Positions 1 to 15,909 of a DNA stretch of 64,000 nt are shown here, in pieces. The translations under genes were made by a program, and so were the position numbers. Origin of the DNA: Antedon mediterranea (lineage: Eukaryota; Animalia; Echinodermata). The notes below the pieces were generated by a model. The model saw nothing but the letters and a program-made list of their open reading frames with translations, had not been told where the DNA came from and did no database searches. Where the stretch lies: contig NC_092675.1 of assembly GCF_964355755.1 (NCBI RefSeq), positions 5,451,812 through 5,515,811 on the forward strand, in the 5' to 3' direction. Each line of letters starts with the position of its first letter. The first letter of the stretch is position 1.

Positions 1-769
1 AGTGATTTGACAGGTATTGGCAATATAAGGGATAATAGACTTCATTTAGATTTAATGTGAATTAGGATATCATTGAAAAATACGAACTACATAAATCAGG
101 ACGGCAACCTTTCAGAAACGTTAAATGATTGCTTATAGAATTAGTTAAATTATTTGCCAATTGCTGTCGAATTGTTTAATCGTCTGCCGATATACTATCG
201 AATATTGTTTACAACTAGAGTATGAAATAATAATGTATATAACACGCAACATTGCATTAATGGCAGTGGAACTGAATGATATGAAATATGCGTCACATTG
301 AAATATTTTTTACATGGTTACAACCAATTCCCCCAAAACAACCCTATTCCTTTCCAGAATCAATTCTCTTGGTAAACAAAATTATATAGACCTAGTGGAG
401 AAACTTTTTGAACACAATAACATATAACGGAATAGATAAAAACCAAACAGTCCACTTCCATTCTTTTCTTCCTATAATAAACACTAAATAAACAAAAATA
501 CAATCTTCATTATTCTAAAATGTATGATCATTATTTACCTTTCATAGGCGTGTGTTATTGTTGCTTTGATATACTTCCAAGTTGAAAGACAGAAATAGTC
601 AATCAATATGTGTACGTACATGTATGTGTGTGTTTCGTTTATAATCATTATGTAGTATTTTCTGGTTTTTTTTTCAAATATGATGAAAATACAGTGATGA
701 CTATGGTGATATTAATAAAGATACATTAATGTCTACACGGATAAAGACAAAGATACGGTAAAGAAAGAT

Positions 770-1285
770 GTTGATAAGATGTGGTAATGATTGTGAACAA
801 GTTGATAAAGATGTGGTAATGTTATGAAGATTGATAAGATGTGGTAATGTTGTGGAAATGTTGGTAAAGATGTGGTGATGTTATGAAGATATTGATAAGA
901 TGTGGCAATGTTGTGGAAATGTTGATAAAGATGTGGTAATGTTATGAAGATATTGATAAGATGGGATAATGTTGTGGAAATGTTGGTAAAGATGTGGTAA
1001 TGTTATGAAGATATTGATAAGATGTGGTAATGTCATGAGGTAATGTTGATAAAGATGTGGTAATGTTATGAAGATATTGATAAGATATGGTAATGTTGTG
1101 GAAATGTTGGTAAATTTGTGGTAATGTTATGAAGATATTGATAAGATGTGGTAATGATTGTGGAAATGTTGGTAAGATGCTGTAATAATTGTGGAAATGT
1201 TGATAAAGATGTGGTAAATGTTACGAAGATATTGATATGATGTGATAATGTTGTGGACATATTGGTAAAGATGTGGTAATGATTG
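770..1285. repeat. Degenerate minisatellite (GATAAGATGTGGTAATGTT-type units)
   Basis: Many imperfect recurrences of gatgtggtaatgtt alternating with atgaagatatt or gtggaaatgtt. Confidence 0.85.
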
Positions 1286-4200
1286 TGGAGCTGATACCAC
1301 AAACAAGAATCGTCCAAGAAGACGTTGATGAAGATGGTTAAAAGAATTAGTATTAGACCTAATAAAGATGTAAACATCTTATGGAAAGAGAAAATACCAA
1401 AAGAATAAAACACTTTTCACAGCCAAGATACCATGGAATCCATGTGGACGCTCTATACACTTAAGCAGGTTTGACTCAGATAAGCAGATGTTAATATTCC
1501 TACTTGCTTCATCGTTATTATCCTTTATCTATGAGCTTATACAGTATAAACGGCAAAATTTACATTTATCTATATATACGTATATACCGGGTAATACCTG
1601 GATTACATTAGCAGAACTAATTGCAATGTAATTTCATGTTCATTTTAACATAGTTCAACGCACCGATGCTCTCCAATGTCTTTCGCAGAAGACATAACTA
1701 GAACAACCGTTGATAAATGCTCTTTTATTATCATTGAGCTCACATTTTCAAAAATCGTCCGAAACGATCGTCATATATATGAACAAGGCTTACTGCTTCA
1801 GTCGAATGGTGTGAGAGCAACAAGCCAACAGATTGGACCAAGAATTGTAATGACTCAACTATATGACGATTTAGCAACGATCAATTTCTACGTGATATTA
1901 ATTAAGCTTCGTTTCGACTATTTTGCGTGCCATAGCACGTGTTGAAGATTAAGGGCGCATCTGCTCTTCGTTCAGTTAAACTTACCTTAAGACAGGCAGC
2001 GTTGCATACTTAATGTTATATGGGACAGATGATTGAACTTAGTACATTGAGTACATTATCTTATATAAACAAAAGTCAAGTGAGAAATTGTGGTAACAGT
2101 GTATAATGCAAAACTAATTTCATCGGTGTCTAAAACGTATATAGCGACTGATGGAAACATAGGGGAACTCTGCGCGTACCTTTTCATATTTTAACTCGCG
2201 ATATAAAACAGTCCCACAATACATGCCAAAGATATTTATTTTTATCTGTAACCATAATCTATTAATTAAACTAAAACATTAAACATTAACAATAACTTGC
2301 ATATTATATGTCGATAAATATTCCGTCTACGTCACGTAATATAAGAACCTTGCCAACAAATTACATTTTTCCATTTTTAGTATCACAAATCTTAGCATTA
2401 CTTATTATAGGCTTTTACTTTTATTTGTTTACATTTGGTGGTAGGCATATTATTATTGAGAAATAATCTTAAACTAAAAAATGTTATTTGTGCAGACTCG
2501 GGATTTGGACACAGAATCCATGTTGGTGTTTAACTAACCAACTGATATGACAAATATTATGACTTGTTTGAATTGAATTCTAGTTAGATTCTATGTCAAT
2601 TACTTTACTTTAAGTGGTCTTGTTCTGTTGATATATGTACATGACGTAAGTATTAAATTGAGAGGCTTTCAAACGTCACGTAAACATTACCATTGATGAA
2701 AAAAAATGTGTACTTTTAATTTTAGGATATCCTGGTTCAATCTGGTTTCATGTTGATTTTAATTGTAGTATATCTTTCCTCCTTGCAATACTTCTTTTGC
2801 ATTACTTAGATGTACTATGATTTAGAGGAGTAATGCACTTAATGTACTTACATACCGGTAGTTAAATATAAAGTGATGATAAAAAATGGTGATTTAACAG
2901 ACGGACAGAGGAAAAACTTGATATAAGATAACACAAAAAGGGCCCTCTAGATATAGATGTGCTTTACGTCATCACCATTGACATATGCAACATTTAAATA
3001 TTCAATTCAATTCAATGTGTTCTTTGTGGTTCAATTGCCGTGTATCTAATTACTAAATTGGACATCTTTGTGTGGCGTACATTTCTAATAGCTATTTAAT
3101 AGGTAGTTCTATTACTGTATTATTGTGTTAACGACTCATTAAGGGCGTCGGTGCCGTTGGGGCTCTCATTGACAAATAGGTCACAGCAACTGCTAATGTT
3201 CTTCCTGTGAGCTGGAGGAAGAGAACACAAAATAAGACCATCAAAAGTGCGTTGAGACAATAATCCTAAATGATATGTTTAAAGTAGCAGTGATATGTAG
3301 ATTAATAACAGCCATTTTTATTTCTAAGACGTATCTCTTTAATCACGTTAATTCTACCGTATAGGATCTATTGAAAATACGACTACAATATCTCTTTTTT
3401 GTTGGATGACTCTTGATAGATGATACGAAACATAAACTGATTTCTAATGTTATAATTGCTCCCGGCCAACATAACAAACAGGATGAATGTTGAAAGATAA
3501 TCTATAACACGTAATTATACGAAAAAAATTGTTACAATATGAGGAACATCACACACGTACTATACGCGCGCTTTAATATGTCCCACTCTTTCAGTCTATT
3601 GTAATGAATTATCTAAAACGAATACAATAAACACAAATACAAAAACATGCCATAAATGATTATATAATAATACAAAACGTACCATAACACTATTTTTAAA
3701 ATAGAAGCAAGACAAATCATAATGTTGTTGGCATGATAGAAAATCACATCAATTCAAGATTAGTAAGCTGATTGGAACCTTAAAACGTCTCTTATTACAC
3801 ACCATACAGGCAATAATACGTTTTCATAATGCTCTTTAATGACCGTTTAGCTATATGATTTATCGGTTAAAAGCATTTTATGTGTATTATTGTGTTCATT
3901 ATACTAATCCATTTTAAACTAATTTCTTAAAAGGGTATCACTGTAGGGCATAAGTTTATATATGTATAAATTACTTAAACGGTCACTGCTTATCTAATTC
4001 TAGTCTTTATATAATTTTTTTAAGGAACATTAATTTTCCCCACTTTTCTAAATAATGAATAGGTGTCAATCACACTTCGAAAAACTTACACTTAAACATT
4101 CAGAAATGATCCTATCCAAGTGAATAGACCTACCACTTAATGTAAACCCTTAAATACATGATTGCTGTGACATAATTGTGTATTGAAGAAAATATCTCAC

Positions 4201-5465
4201 TTAAGATATTAATTGATGTATACGGCCATGGGCTAGTTTCCTCAAAATAAACACCTAATTCTATAATATTATTTAGTACAGTCAGACACGTATCTAGATG
4301 ACTTGCGATCATCAGTTAGACTCTATCTAGTGACAGCTACAGAATCGGTTAAATTAAACGCCACTTTGTGTATTGGTGTTGTTATTCAATAATATTATCT
4401 GTTCCGACTAAAGGTGACATGTGTTTATGTTGGATTGACAGGAATTATTGTTCTACTTTATTCTTATTTCAATATCTTTTTATTCGATCCGTTTTATTTT
4501 GCCTAAATATTATATTAAGTCATGAGTATATTTTTTAGGTGAAAATGATTTCCCTCTTTAACTAAGGCTTATCTTATACACTGAATATCCACGCTGTCTG
4601 ATAATAGAGATATTATTTGTGAACGTTCTGATCTATTACAGTTTTATGATGTCATTTATCACTTAACACGGATTGTAACATCATATACTCAACAACATTC
4701 AGTCGGTATCTGACACAAAGTAATGCTTCCTATATGTCCGGGTTTCTATATTTATACGTTTTTAAAACATCCACTCAAGTGTATTATGCAGACTATACTA
4801 TTAAGTCCTGAATAAGAAGACTAATTATATTGGTAATACACGATGGTATACTCTCTAGTACATACACTGCACTTAAAAAAAGAAAATGCTTTTTTTAATT
4901 CGTTCGTTACCTCAACAGACTATATCACCGTTCTAGTTTGAATCTGTCAATATTGTTGCGATCAATACTAATATAATATAAATATTTTACTGTTCGTTTT
5001 AATCACATTGGTATTTCAATCGATACCGATAATTAATCAATAGCATTGACTTAACACAATGTTGACAAATGATAAGAATGATGTACACTTACATAAACGT
5101 TATCGCTCATTTGATGCGTACTACGGTCGTGTTCTGTTTACTAATATTATAATCTCAAAAGGGTATTAGGCCTAATATGAATTAATACACCAGATTCATC
5201 TTCTTCAGGCTTACTGATGAGCATTCAACTTGCGTCGATCATAACCTAGCCTAATGATTACACCGTCGCCAAATTCTAATATTTCACCCATTGGATTTCC
5301 TCATTGAAAGATGTCCCGTTGCCTTTTTTAACTCCTCTCAAAATCTGCCTATACGTGAAATTTTTAAATATTAAAAAAAAAACTTTGAAAATGTAAGTTA
5401 CGTTTACAGAACATATTAGCTTTACATAAACATGATAAGAAGACACTGTACAGGCATAGGGACCT

Positions 5466-5802
5466 TATTTATTTATTTATTTTATTTTATGTCTTTAGGC
5501 AATGTGGCCAAGGATTACCAATAGTGAATAAATCACTGTCCTATCAGATAGGTGGTAATCCCCCTGGTACAAGGGCTATTTTGTGAACCAGTTCACCGGG
5601 GTAACCCCCTACTCTTTTCGAATAATGAACTGGGTTCTTTAGAGTGCACACAGGTTATAACTGTGTACACTGGACCTACGGTTTATAGTCCTTATCCGAG
5701 AAGACTTGTTCCACCACCAGAACTAGGAGCGAGTCGGCCTTGTTGGCTCTTTAGGTACGGTAAACGGCGCCCCTGCCTTAACCGCTCGGCCATTTGACTC
5801 GC
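5466..5802 (-). mobile_element. tRNA-headed SINE with Deu/Nin-like central domain
   Basis: Minus strand shows an A-box-like TGGCCGAGCGG, a core CTCGGATAAGGACTATAAACCGTAGGTCC...AAAGAACCC...GAGTAGGGGGTTACCCCGG resembling the DeuSINE/Nin core, and an (AAAT)n tail. Related copies occur at 56.1 and 59.2 kb. Confidence 0.75.
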
Positions 5803-6038
5803 TTAGCGACCCCAACTATTTATTGAGATTTTATACTGATAGCAGACGTCTATGAACCATTTCCCTCTTTATTAAATGTGGAAGCGCACCCAATTTTTAG
5901 GTTATATGCATTATCATGCATATAACCTATTAATTCTGTCAGGATCTTTATTTCCAATTGTATTGGCATGGCAAAAATCCACTCACCTACGACACTCACA
6001 TACGACTTATTTTTAATTGATGTAATTATTATTACACA

Positions 6039-6415
6039 TTATATAACACCTAAATAAATTCCTGTCATTTGATTGGACGATTGTGGGTCACATGGCGTGC
6101 AATAGTACGCACTATTAAACGATCGTTTAATAGTACTTTTTAAACATTTTTGTGTACGAAAAAAAAACCGTTTCGCGGATGGAAAACAAATCTAGTGTAC
6201 ACATTAAATACCCACAGCATTGTCATTTTTTTCAGTAATTTGATTTGGATTTATATATATTTAGATATTATATAAAACAAATAATGAATGTTTTATATTC
6301 GTGTAATGGTTCAAATAATGGCGCATTTGGTGAATGATGAAAGTGAAGTGTATTCATTCACCTCATGCCATTATTTGTACCATTACACTTATAAACATTC
6401 ATTATTTGTATATTA
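6039..6415. mobile_element. Non-autonomous interspersed element with internal inverted repeat (class uncertain), interrupted by a Penelope-like fragment
   Basis: Internal inverted repeat (ACAAATAATGAATGTTT...AAACATTCATTATTTGT). Reverse-complement-related copy at ~51680-51810 and a fragment at ~54295-54332. Confidence 0.55.
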
Positions 6416-7595
6416 TTGTTGTTTCAAACGTACCTGATTGTTGTTAGGTATTGTGATCTAAGCATAGAAAACACAAATAACTGACAAACGAAGATTCGAC
6501 AAAGATTACTCTAATTGGCTATTCTAATAGTACAAAGCAATCGTACGTAAACTCACTTTTTGACCTCCATTTCTTGGCATTAGTTGAGATACGCAATTTA
6601 GTATTCAATTATGTTAAAGTATGCATCTACTAGTTCTGAGAAGTAGTGATTAATAAACCATGAATATTTGTTCATAAAAGATTTACAATAGTTATTATCT
6701 TTAACCAACTATAAAGATAAAGCATTTCTTTGGTTGATTTACTGTTAGCTTAGAAAGTATAATTACAATTTGATCAATTAACATTTTCATTTCATTGAGT
6801 CATGTTTTACAGTCAAACGAGTGGCAATAAATCTTAACAAAAATTAATATATATTAATTGAAGATTCTATTCCTTATTTGTGGGTTCGTTCCACATGTTT
6901 GTAGTTGTGGAGTAAATAGTGAAAACAGGTAATTTAAATACAGATAAATCGAAGAAGGTGATGATGCAGATAATGGAATGTAAGATACTTTATTTAATTT
7001 ATTTGCTGCAACCTTTGTCACACATAATACTTTACAATGTTCTTGTGAACAACGGTTGTCTCTCGGTTGGGCAAAACAAAAATTATTTCTTCCTCTGGTA
7101 TCTGTTAATATTCCACTTTACTGGTAATACTCTTAAAGTGTACTTAAGTTTCGTACTATTATATACGGTAGCAAGTCAAGTACTCCTTATTTTACTAATT
7201 TGTTCTTGATAATCGGTGGTCAAGCAAATGGTTGATAATGGTAAATTGTATATCATTAGGACGAGGTTGTAAGAATTTGGCTAAGTAGTGTCCCTGTTAA
7301 ATGTATATAAACGACATCAAAAACTATTGAACCCACGATCAATGACAAAACGGATCGTTTCTTTTATCTTTGATGCAATTAATTTAGATACGACAGAGGG
7401 AAATGTATGTATATATTACTCTTAAATTACTGTGTTCATTCTATTTAGGCGCGGCGTATTTATAGTATTCTTGACAAATTAATCTGTACGTCTGTGTTGA
7501 CAATATGAAGCTTTCGATGTTGCAATTACCAGGACATAAGACTGAATGATTTAGGAACACTGGGAACTTTTTGATGTTACGTCAAACAAGTCTGA

Positions 7596-7750
7596 AGCTT
7601 GGTTCCCACTAGAACGTAACGCAAGGACTTAAACGCAACGCAAGCGTTTTAACCAATGACAAGCGAAGTTATAGACAGTTCACAAGCGAATAAGCCATCG
7701 CTTGTGATTGCGTTACGTCCTTGTGTTGCGTCGCTAGTGGGAACCACGCT
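7596..7750. mobile_element. PIF/Harbinger-type MITE family A
   Basis: TIRs AGCTTGGTTCCCACTAG / CTAGTGGGAACCACGCT; four copies in the window. Confidence 0.8.
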
Positions 7751-10679
7751 TTATGCAAATAAGGTTCTCAATAAGTCTTCGCCTACACATAGAATCGGCA
7801 AAGTGTTTTCAAAAATTCCAAACACAGTGTCCATGATGTTTGCTAATGGGATCACTGTATACCATGTACAGTAACTGTCAAATTAATTGTCTTTAAAACA
7901 GTCGCGTGCTCAATTTAGTGTTTACCGACCAACCGACCGACATAGTAAGCTGTAGATTCGCGTTGCACGCTGTCTGTCTCATTCTTAGCTGTTTTTACTC
8001 TGCTGTATATTGCTTTGTATTTTGTCAGCCATCTTATGAAGATGTGATTTGTAAATTATAAATCTCTGTAAAGTGTATATTAAATAATTAATTAGAACAG
8101 TTATCAATTAAACTTAATCACCTTTCGACGGTTACTATGATGCAAAATAAACAGTTGTAATTTTCTATTCAACATGCAGGAAAACATTAATTTAAATGTT
8201 TTTTTTTCTTTTGATATAACGAATGCCTAAATTTGCCATTATTGCCGTCATTTTTAACTTTGAAACGTCAAACTGTCAGTTTTATTTGGAAATTGAGATT
8301 GATTTATTTAATTTCTAGCAATCATTACATTAAAAAAAACATTCAATTCAAAATTTCTATTGAACTTGACAAATTGTTACGTCTCATTGCAAATTTGAAT
8401 GATTTATATAAAATTTTGTATGATGATAATTAATTCATTGGCGTAATTATATGATGTAAACTAATCTAGCAAAGGTAACAAGGTGAAAATTAAGGTTAAC
8501 GCAAAATTGTTACATTTTCCGCGTCACATTAAACGCTTTAATGTGACAGGCAGGTTGCAACAATTGATTAGATATACTGTGCAGCCTAATTATCTACTTG
8601 GTTTCTATGACAAAGCTATTCACTATATACGGTACAAAATTCATATTAAATTGGTTTGCTTTTCAAATAACTTACTTTACTTCGCTTACTTTGATTTAAT
8701 GTTTAAAATTTGGCATGATGTATAGTTATTTCATGCTAGAACATTCGCCCGATCTCTGACTGTAAAAACTCTGAGTTGTATATGACAAGATTTTTTTTCC
8801 TCCAAGGTTAATCTTGTTATGACTCAAAGATGGTCTCCAACAATTTCCAGACGCCGAAGATATTTAGAGAGGGCACCAGTGGACTATTTAGAAATTAGAA
8901 AGTCGTATCGGTATATAAATTGTAATATTTCTTATATTTCCGTTAATTCTGAAAAGGGAATTCAAGATTCCTCTCTTTCCAAAGAGTTGTCTATACTTCT
9001 TCCAATTCCAAAGATATTTATGTAGGCTGTGGTACTATATTGTTGTCAAATAGCGAAGTGGTTGTTTAATGTGACTCGTTAGTTTGTCGGATAAGACTTT
9101 GATAAAGTTACAGAAAGAATCAAATCAGGCAAATAGATTTGAAAAGAGAAAATAATTTTATGGTAGCGTTAAGTGGCCATTATCGTACTATGCATGGTGT
9201 TTAATGCTTAATGTATTTAACAACTTGATGGCGTATATGTGCTTATCGTGACAGTAACGCATCTTGGTTGATGTTGAAGTTTTCATCACTTTGTTTTGAG
9301 AAAAAGACACAAATGTTTTTAAAATCGGTCAGCAATCAATATTCATTTCAATAAAATGTTGTTGGTTAGCCCGAATTTTAATCTTAATAGTTGTCATTGG
9401 TAATCAGCAATGTTCTGAATCGGTTCTAGGTTTTAAAAAATATACACTATTCAAAAAGTATTATCTTATTTGTTTCAAAGAAATAGGCTTTCGTATCTAT
9501 TTGTTGAAAGTGAATTATATCATTCTTTATGCTTGTATTGGTAGACCTACCGGTATAGATGATGCCAATTGTTATAAGCATGTAACATACTTTGTATACA
9601 CATAACATAAAGAAATTTAGTTAGTAATTCATGTTTAATTTTTAAATCTGCCTATTTTTGATTATATTTTTAATAAAACAGTTACAATTTCGAGTTTGTT
9701 TTTACTGAAGAAACATTTCTTTGGTTATTTGAAATGACAGCAACACACCGTATATAGAAAGGAGGTCAGCTTAAAAGGTCACGTTGAATAATAAAATCTG
9801 CTTTTTTATGAACCAACTAGTCAAATCGTTTGAAATGAATCCGACATAACGAGATTTCCAATTGTAATGTAGATTTTACGTATCGAAATTAACAGAAATT
9901 GGGATATATGGACACATTGATTACATATTCATACATACAGTAAATTTGTTTATAATGGTTCCATTGATTAAAAACAGATAGGTTAACTCTATTAGGCCTA
10001 AATCAATAAGATAATAAAGATCGAGGTCCTTTACTTTTGGTGCGCCTTATTTTAGGGAACAAAATATTTTTGTTTTCTTCATGGTATACTGAACGTGAAT
10101 AAGGATAAAACAATTGCGCAACTTGCAGACGAATTTAAGATGACTTATTGCAATTTTTTAAGTTAGGATTATAGGTATAGATAACAGAAAGTGGAATAGA
10201 ACACCGACATGGGTAAGGTTAAAAGAAACATCAATTACGTTTTAAAAAGATAACAATATACTGTATAATACTATCTACTGCCGGAACGGTTGAATTTAAG
10301 TATCAAAGATATTGTATTGCATGCCATAGGAACATTGACCAAGAGGCATAGTAAGTCTAGTTTACACTAGCAAACTTTACCCAAATGTTGTGTTTGCAAG
10401 CTCTGTGTTTGGAGATGTTTGTGATTCTTCTAAACCAGTTACTGGAAACTCTATACCTGGTGATTCACATGAATATTAAAAGCAACCACATGAAAGTTTT
10501 ATTTTGAACGCTGAGTTCACAAACCTAAACATGTTTGTTAGGAAGGTGCACGGCCTAACTTTTTTTTTCTCTTTTGTGGCGTTAACCACTATTTATTCAT
10601 TTCATTTCATCAACAGATTAATACAATTATTTCTAATAATAATAATAATAACTATTCATTGTTATTCTTACTTTTGTTT

Positions 10680-10813
<134 letters not shown>

Positions 10814-11328
10814 ATTTTTTTTTATTTTATCAACGTTACTGTTCTTGGAATCAGAACATTATTATTTCTTTTCTGTTATCCACCTTTTTTCATAATTTTA
10901 AATAATTAAATTTAAAATTGTGAATACTTAACTAATAAATGTACTGTAGGAGATACATTTACTAACGTTGTATAGTTATTTTCGGTAGTATTTTTGACAT
11001 ATAATTCATTTATACCCTATATACAGATTATATACATTATTTTAAAATACGAATATAAAAAAAAACAAAAACAAAAATATTAAAAATGTTTTTCTTACTC
11101 CTGTGTCTAGTTTTATGTCTCATGGTTATATTTGTTTGCTTATCTTCTCATGCGTTACTTATGTTGCGTTACGTTTCTTTTTTGTTTTCAATATTAATTT
11201 ATACAATTTTTTTTTAAATTGATATTTCATATAAGATAAAATGAAACTGCCTATTTGTATTATACAACATTATTATGTAATATATTTTAAATAATCAGAT
11301 TCACATCAATATAAATTATAATAGGTGG

Positions 11329-12390
11329 TTAAGGTAAGATCTTTTGGTTTTTTTTCGCCATAAAAAGACGAGACAATGATCCGGTCCATTTGTTTACATT
11401 TTTCAAAGTATGTGTCTTGTAAACGCAGAAGCATCCAATAGAGAACATGTGGTCTACATATTTATTTCCTGTACCTAGTACAATGTTTCGATAATTTGCC
11501 TCGATCCCAAATTTGTGCATGGTGTAAACGTTAATATATTCCCATAAGGGTTTTACTTCATGGCATTCATAAAAGAAATGGGCATCATCCTCTACTACGT
11601 TGCATTGTAGGCAAGTATCTGTGTTGCTTATTTTCCATTTTAACAGCCTTCTTTTGGTAGGTGTTATACAATGCAATAGTTTGATGTTCAACTGTTTAAG
11701 TTTATTATCTTTAATATCTTTAATTTTTCTTTTCCATGTTAGAGACCAATCGTTCTCCATGTTAAAATATGTTTCCCATTTTGTTTTACTTTTGGATGGT
11801 TCTAGACTCATATTCAAACATCGAACGTGTGTTGTTTTTGAGTGCTTTTGGTTTTTATCCCTTAAAAAGATTTTCTCTTTCCATTCTTTTGGAATTGCGT
11901 TTAATACAATTTGCCATTCAGCAATCCAGTTTGATTTATACCTAAGCATATCAAGTAATTCATTTGCGTTAATGAACCTATTCTCAATTACAATATCCTT
12001 AATATTTCGCACACCTGACCAGAGTTGTTGATGCAATATATCATCATAACATAATTGACGTTAAGTCATACCACTATTAAGTTTGACTAAAATACATAGT
12101 ATAGATTTATAGAAATCGGGTATGGCTTTAAAACTAGCATTTTTCTTATCAATATATGATATGTTTTCAATAATATCTTTTGGGCCTATTCTATTAAAAT
12201 ATGTGTTTGGCAGACATTTCCACTTTGAATACTCATTGTTATACAATCTTTTAAGCCAAGATATTTTTAAAGATTTAACCTGTGACCTGAAATCAGGCGC
12301 TTTAACACCACCACTTTCATATTCGTTTATAAGAACTACTCTTTTAACCTTTTCTCTTTTTCCATCCCACAAAAAGGCCTGCACGGCCTA
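11329..12390 (-). mobile_element. 5'-truncated L1/Tx1-clade LINE ORF2 C-terminus (disrupted)
   Basis: FLWDGKREKVKR..GG...PDF..SWLKRL and a CCHC zinc knuckle CLQCNVVEDDAHFFYEC; frame broken near 12036-12061. Confidence 0.85.
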
Positions 12391-14992
12391 ACTTTTGCAA
12401 ACTTTTCTGTAATTTTCCATAGTTTATTATTGTGCCCTAACAAACTTTGTTGCAGACTTGACGTACACTGTGATGCTTCTATCCTTTAACTGAATATAAT
12501 GTCACTTGGGCTAAATGTACGCTGGTTTAGTCATGCATGAAGTTTCGGCGTTTAACTTGTCAGAAGAGGGACAACTTTAACTTAATATCCAAGAAGAAAA
12601 CAAACCATAGTGATGTACAAAGCATGGTTACCTTTCTACTACTCCAGACACAAACAAAATAAAAAATGAACAAAATAGTTTTAGTTGATGAGGTACGTCA
12701 TACTTTATATTTTGTGTTATATATAACACGGTAAACAAGACGATTCATCAAACTATCACAAATATTAAATGCGTTCAGATACATTGCAATTAATTAAGAT
12801 TTATAATTAGTCACTTTACTCAAATATCTTGCTTACTGAGAGCAGATGACATGCTCTGATATATTTAGACGGATTGAACAGATGTGACGTCTACGAGGAT
12901 TATGCTGGCCTAGATGTGCTTCAAACCGTTTGAAAACATGGCGGATCCTGAACATTGAAAAGGAGAATACAGCTCTAACAGTATCAATAACACATGACAA
13001 ATATAAAGCAATCGAAATACGTTACGCTCTTTGTTGTGCAAAACATAATGTTATAGCGAAATATGCAAGAAAACTATGAAACCTTATTTATCAGTGCTGT
13101 AAAACAAACATGATTATTGTCATAAGAACCGAAGACAAGAGCAAATGAATGGGACACCTGGGAGAGCGCATGATAAATGCAAAAAACAAACACACAGAGA
13201 ATGAAGCATACATGACAGAAATACAATTATTCAGATTCAAATTCCTGCGACTTGAACTCCCGCTAACTACATCTGGTGTTTTACAGTAGGCCTACAATTC
13301 CCAAATGAAATGGATTTGATGGAATGGTAGTAGATCTAATACTATTCCGGTCTCAGAGAACTCATGCTGTTATGATTACATATTTTAACATTTACCAAAT
13401 ACTTTAACATCGACAAAAGCATAAAGTTCACATTAATTGACCCTATGTACATGTACACTTCAGATGACTGACTAACCAATGTGTCGCACTTTATAAATAT
13501 CCTGTGTATTTGTTAAGTATAATTGGACAAAATTAGAACTTTGCCTGGCAATCCGACAAGTGTGTTTATTCTTCTGGAGAGCGAGGTCTTATGTCGGATA
13601 TCTGAACTCATTTGGAGAAAGATAGTTCAACTAATGAATTAAACATGAAACGCAATCACGAACAATATTTCGACTGAGATTAAAACAAACACTATAGCCT
13701 AGTCTTAGAGAAACATTCTAAATTAACGCACATGGTTAAATTCAACTACTTCAAGTTGTTGTCAAGCAATTACATCCGAATTCGTAAGTAAATGAAAAGC
13801 AAATGAGGAACTATGATTAATCTAACCTGGTAGCACGATGTACAGCAACTTACCTAGTTAGGTACCTAACCTGGTAGTAGCAACTTACCTAGTAAGACAT
13901 GCATGCTTGAACTTACTTATACATAATAAACCACTTTCTAACAGTTTGGCAGTAACTAAATATATTAATTTGCAAACTAAATTACCATACTAAAAAGAAA
14001 AAGCAACGCTTCATAGATTAGAACCATTATTCAGTCACCACAATACTATAAGAATAACTGAAAAATAACCCAACATCCAATGTTTGTTTCCTGAAGTTGA
14101 TATTCGATGGGACCATATAGAAAATGGTATTCGATATTATATGCCTATGTTATTTACGGAATGCTTGCTTGGTAGAGGATATTTTTCAGAAACTCTCTTA
14201 TATCTATCTCTATATCTATTTTTTTTTCTGATTATCTTCAATGGCATTTTTTTTAAACTGAATTGTGGTACGTTCTACCAGAGTCCAAGGAAGCCTGATC
14301 ACTAGACTAGATTGAGAAGTGTACTAAAGAAAATATATCTATTTTTAAAATACATAAAAGCTTGCCTTGCTAGTTTTTTTTTCCAATTTTGTTTTCAGAT
14401 GTGATCGATTTACATTCGACATAGAACATTCTGAAGCAGGTGTTTGTAAAATAAACTACGCTATATTTGTATCTACTTGTTATTGATAAGTATTATTATA
14501 TAACATGGTAGATTACAAGTTTCCATCATTTTAAAAGGTCCTGTTTCTTTAAGAAAATTTGTAATTTCCTTTTTTGTCCAGACAAAACAATTTAATCTTG
14601 TCTCACATGACACGCAAGAACCGGATAGTTGTTATATAAAACTGTAAATGCAACTTCACCCCCAACCTGTGTAATAAAAAATACACTATGAACTGTTAGA
14701 TTAAGATTTTTTTTCTCTCTTTTGCTATGGATATAATATGTCACCATGATATTCCGAAATAAAAAGATGAATGAATGAATATGTTTGCTTCTAATGGCGC
14801 CCCGTGTTACAGAAGAGCTTTTTAACAATACTCAAAATTACACTGATCTTTTAAACTCGCTTTCTAATCGCAGTTTCCTGCGTCTTCTTTCCAACATTCT
14901 AATTGGTTAACGTAGCCATCATACTTTTGTTTACAAGGAAGACTGAACGTTTACCCTTGCGGATTCATTAGCGTAATACCAATAAATGTCTC

Positions 14993-15540
14993 AAGTAGAC
15001 TTTGAATTGATTGAAATTAATACGTTAAACTTGAACTTACGGTGTATCTACATGTTTAATTTTATATGCGACGATTAATATAAGCAAGTTAATAATAATA
15101 ATAATACTAATAATAATCAACAATAACATATTTATTCTCTATTAAAATTATATCATATAACATAAATCATTTTCTGACCAAATTAGGCATGTTTATTTTC
15201 AGAAGCTTTGTTTTGCTAGAACGCTACGCTGATTGACTATATTGCTACCGTATTTCGTTTTGATAAGTAGACTTTGAATTGATTGAAATTAATACGTTAA
15301 ACTTGAACTTACTGTGTATCTACATGTTTAATTGTATATGCGACGATTAATATAAGCAAGTTAATAATAATAATAATACTAATAATAATCAACAATAACA
15401 TATTTATTCTCTATTAAAATTATATCATATAACATAAATCATTTTCTGACCAAATTAGGCATGTTTATTTTCAGAAGCTTTGTTTTGCTAGAACGCTACA
15501 CTGATTGACTATATTGCTACCGTATTTCGTTTTGATAAGT
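14993..15540. repeat. Tandem duplication, 2 x 272 bp
   Basis: Near-identical units starting at 14993 and 15265; AAGT microhomology at the junctions. Confidence 0.95.
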
Positions 15541-15909
15541 CCGGCTGCATTAGCAGAAAATCCTGCTTCGGGCTAATAGTTTGAACTTATGGGTTTTCGG
15601 AAGTCATCGGTAATGTACAGCCAATGTATCTTCGTTGCTGACATTAAAATAATTACTTGGGTTGAGATTACAGAGTAAAGTTAGCCCAGTGGAAATTGGA
15701 TTTTGTCAATAAATCTCCTGTATAGTTTTATCAACAGACCCAACGTAATGATGTTAAGGCAGGGATTTATTAACAACTCATATTACCTATTCTGTTTAAG
15801 TGTGGACAAATGTTGTTAGCAATAAAGTTATACTAGCCTACACAACATACAGTAGTGCCTAAATTATCGAACATGATTTCGTTACCTCCAGTGTATCAAT
15901 TTATTTATT

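Noticed and set aside
1066-1413. 115-aa His/Thr-rich ORF
   Set aside because: Falls largely in a degenerate minisatellite; no protein motif.
5195-5250. CTGATGA / CTGAAGA hammerhead-like half motifs
   Set aside because: No properly placed GAAA with stem II and stem III.
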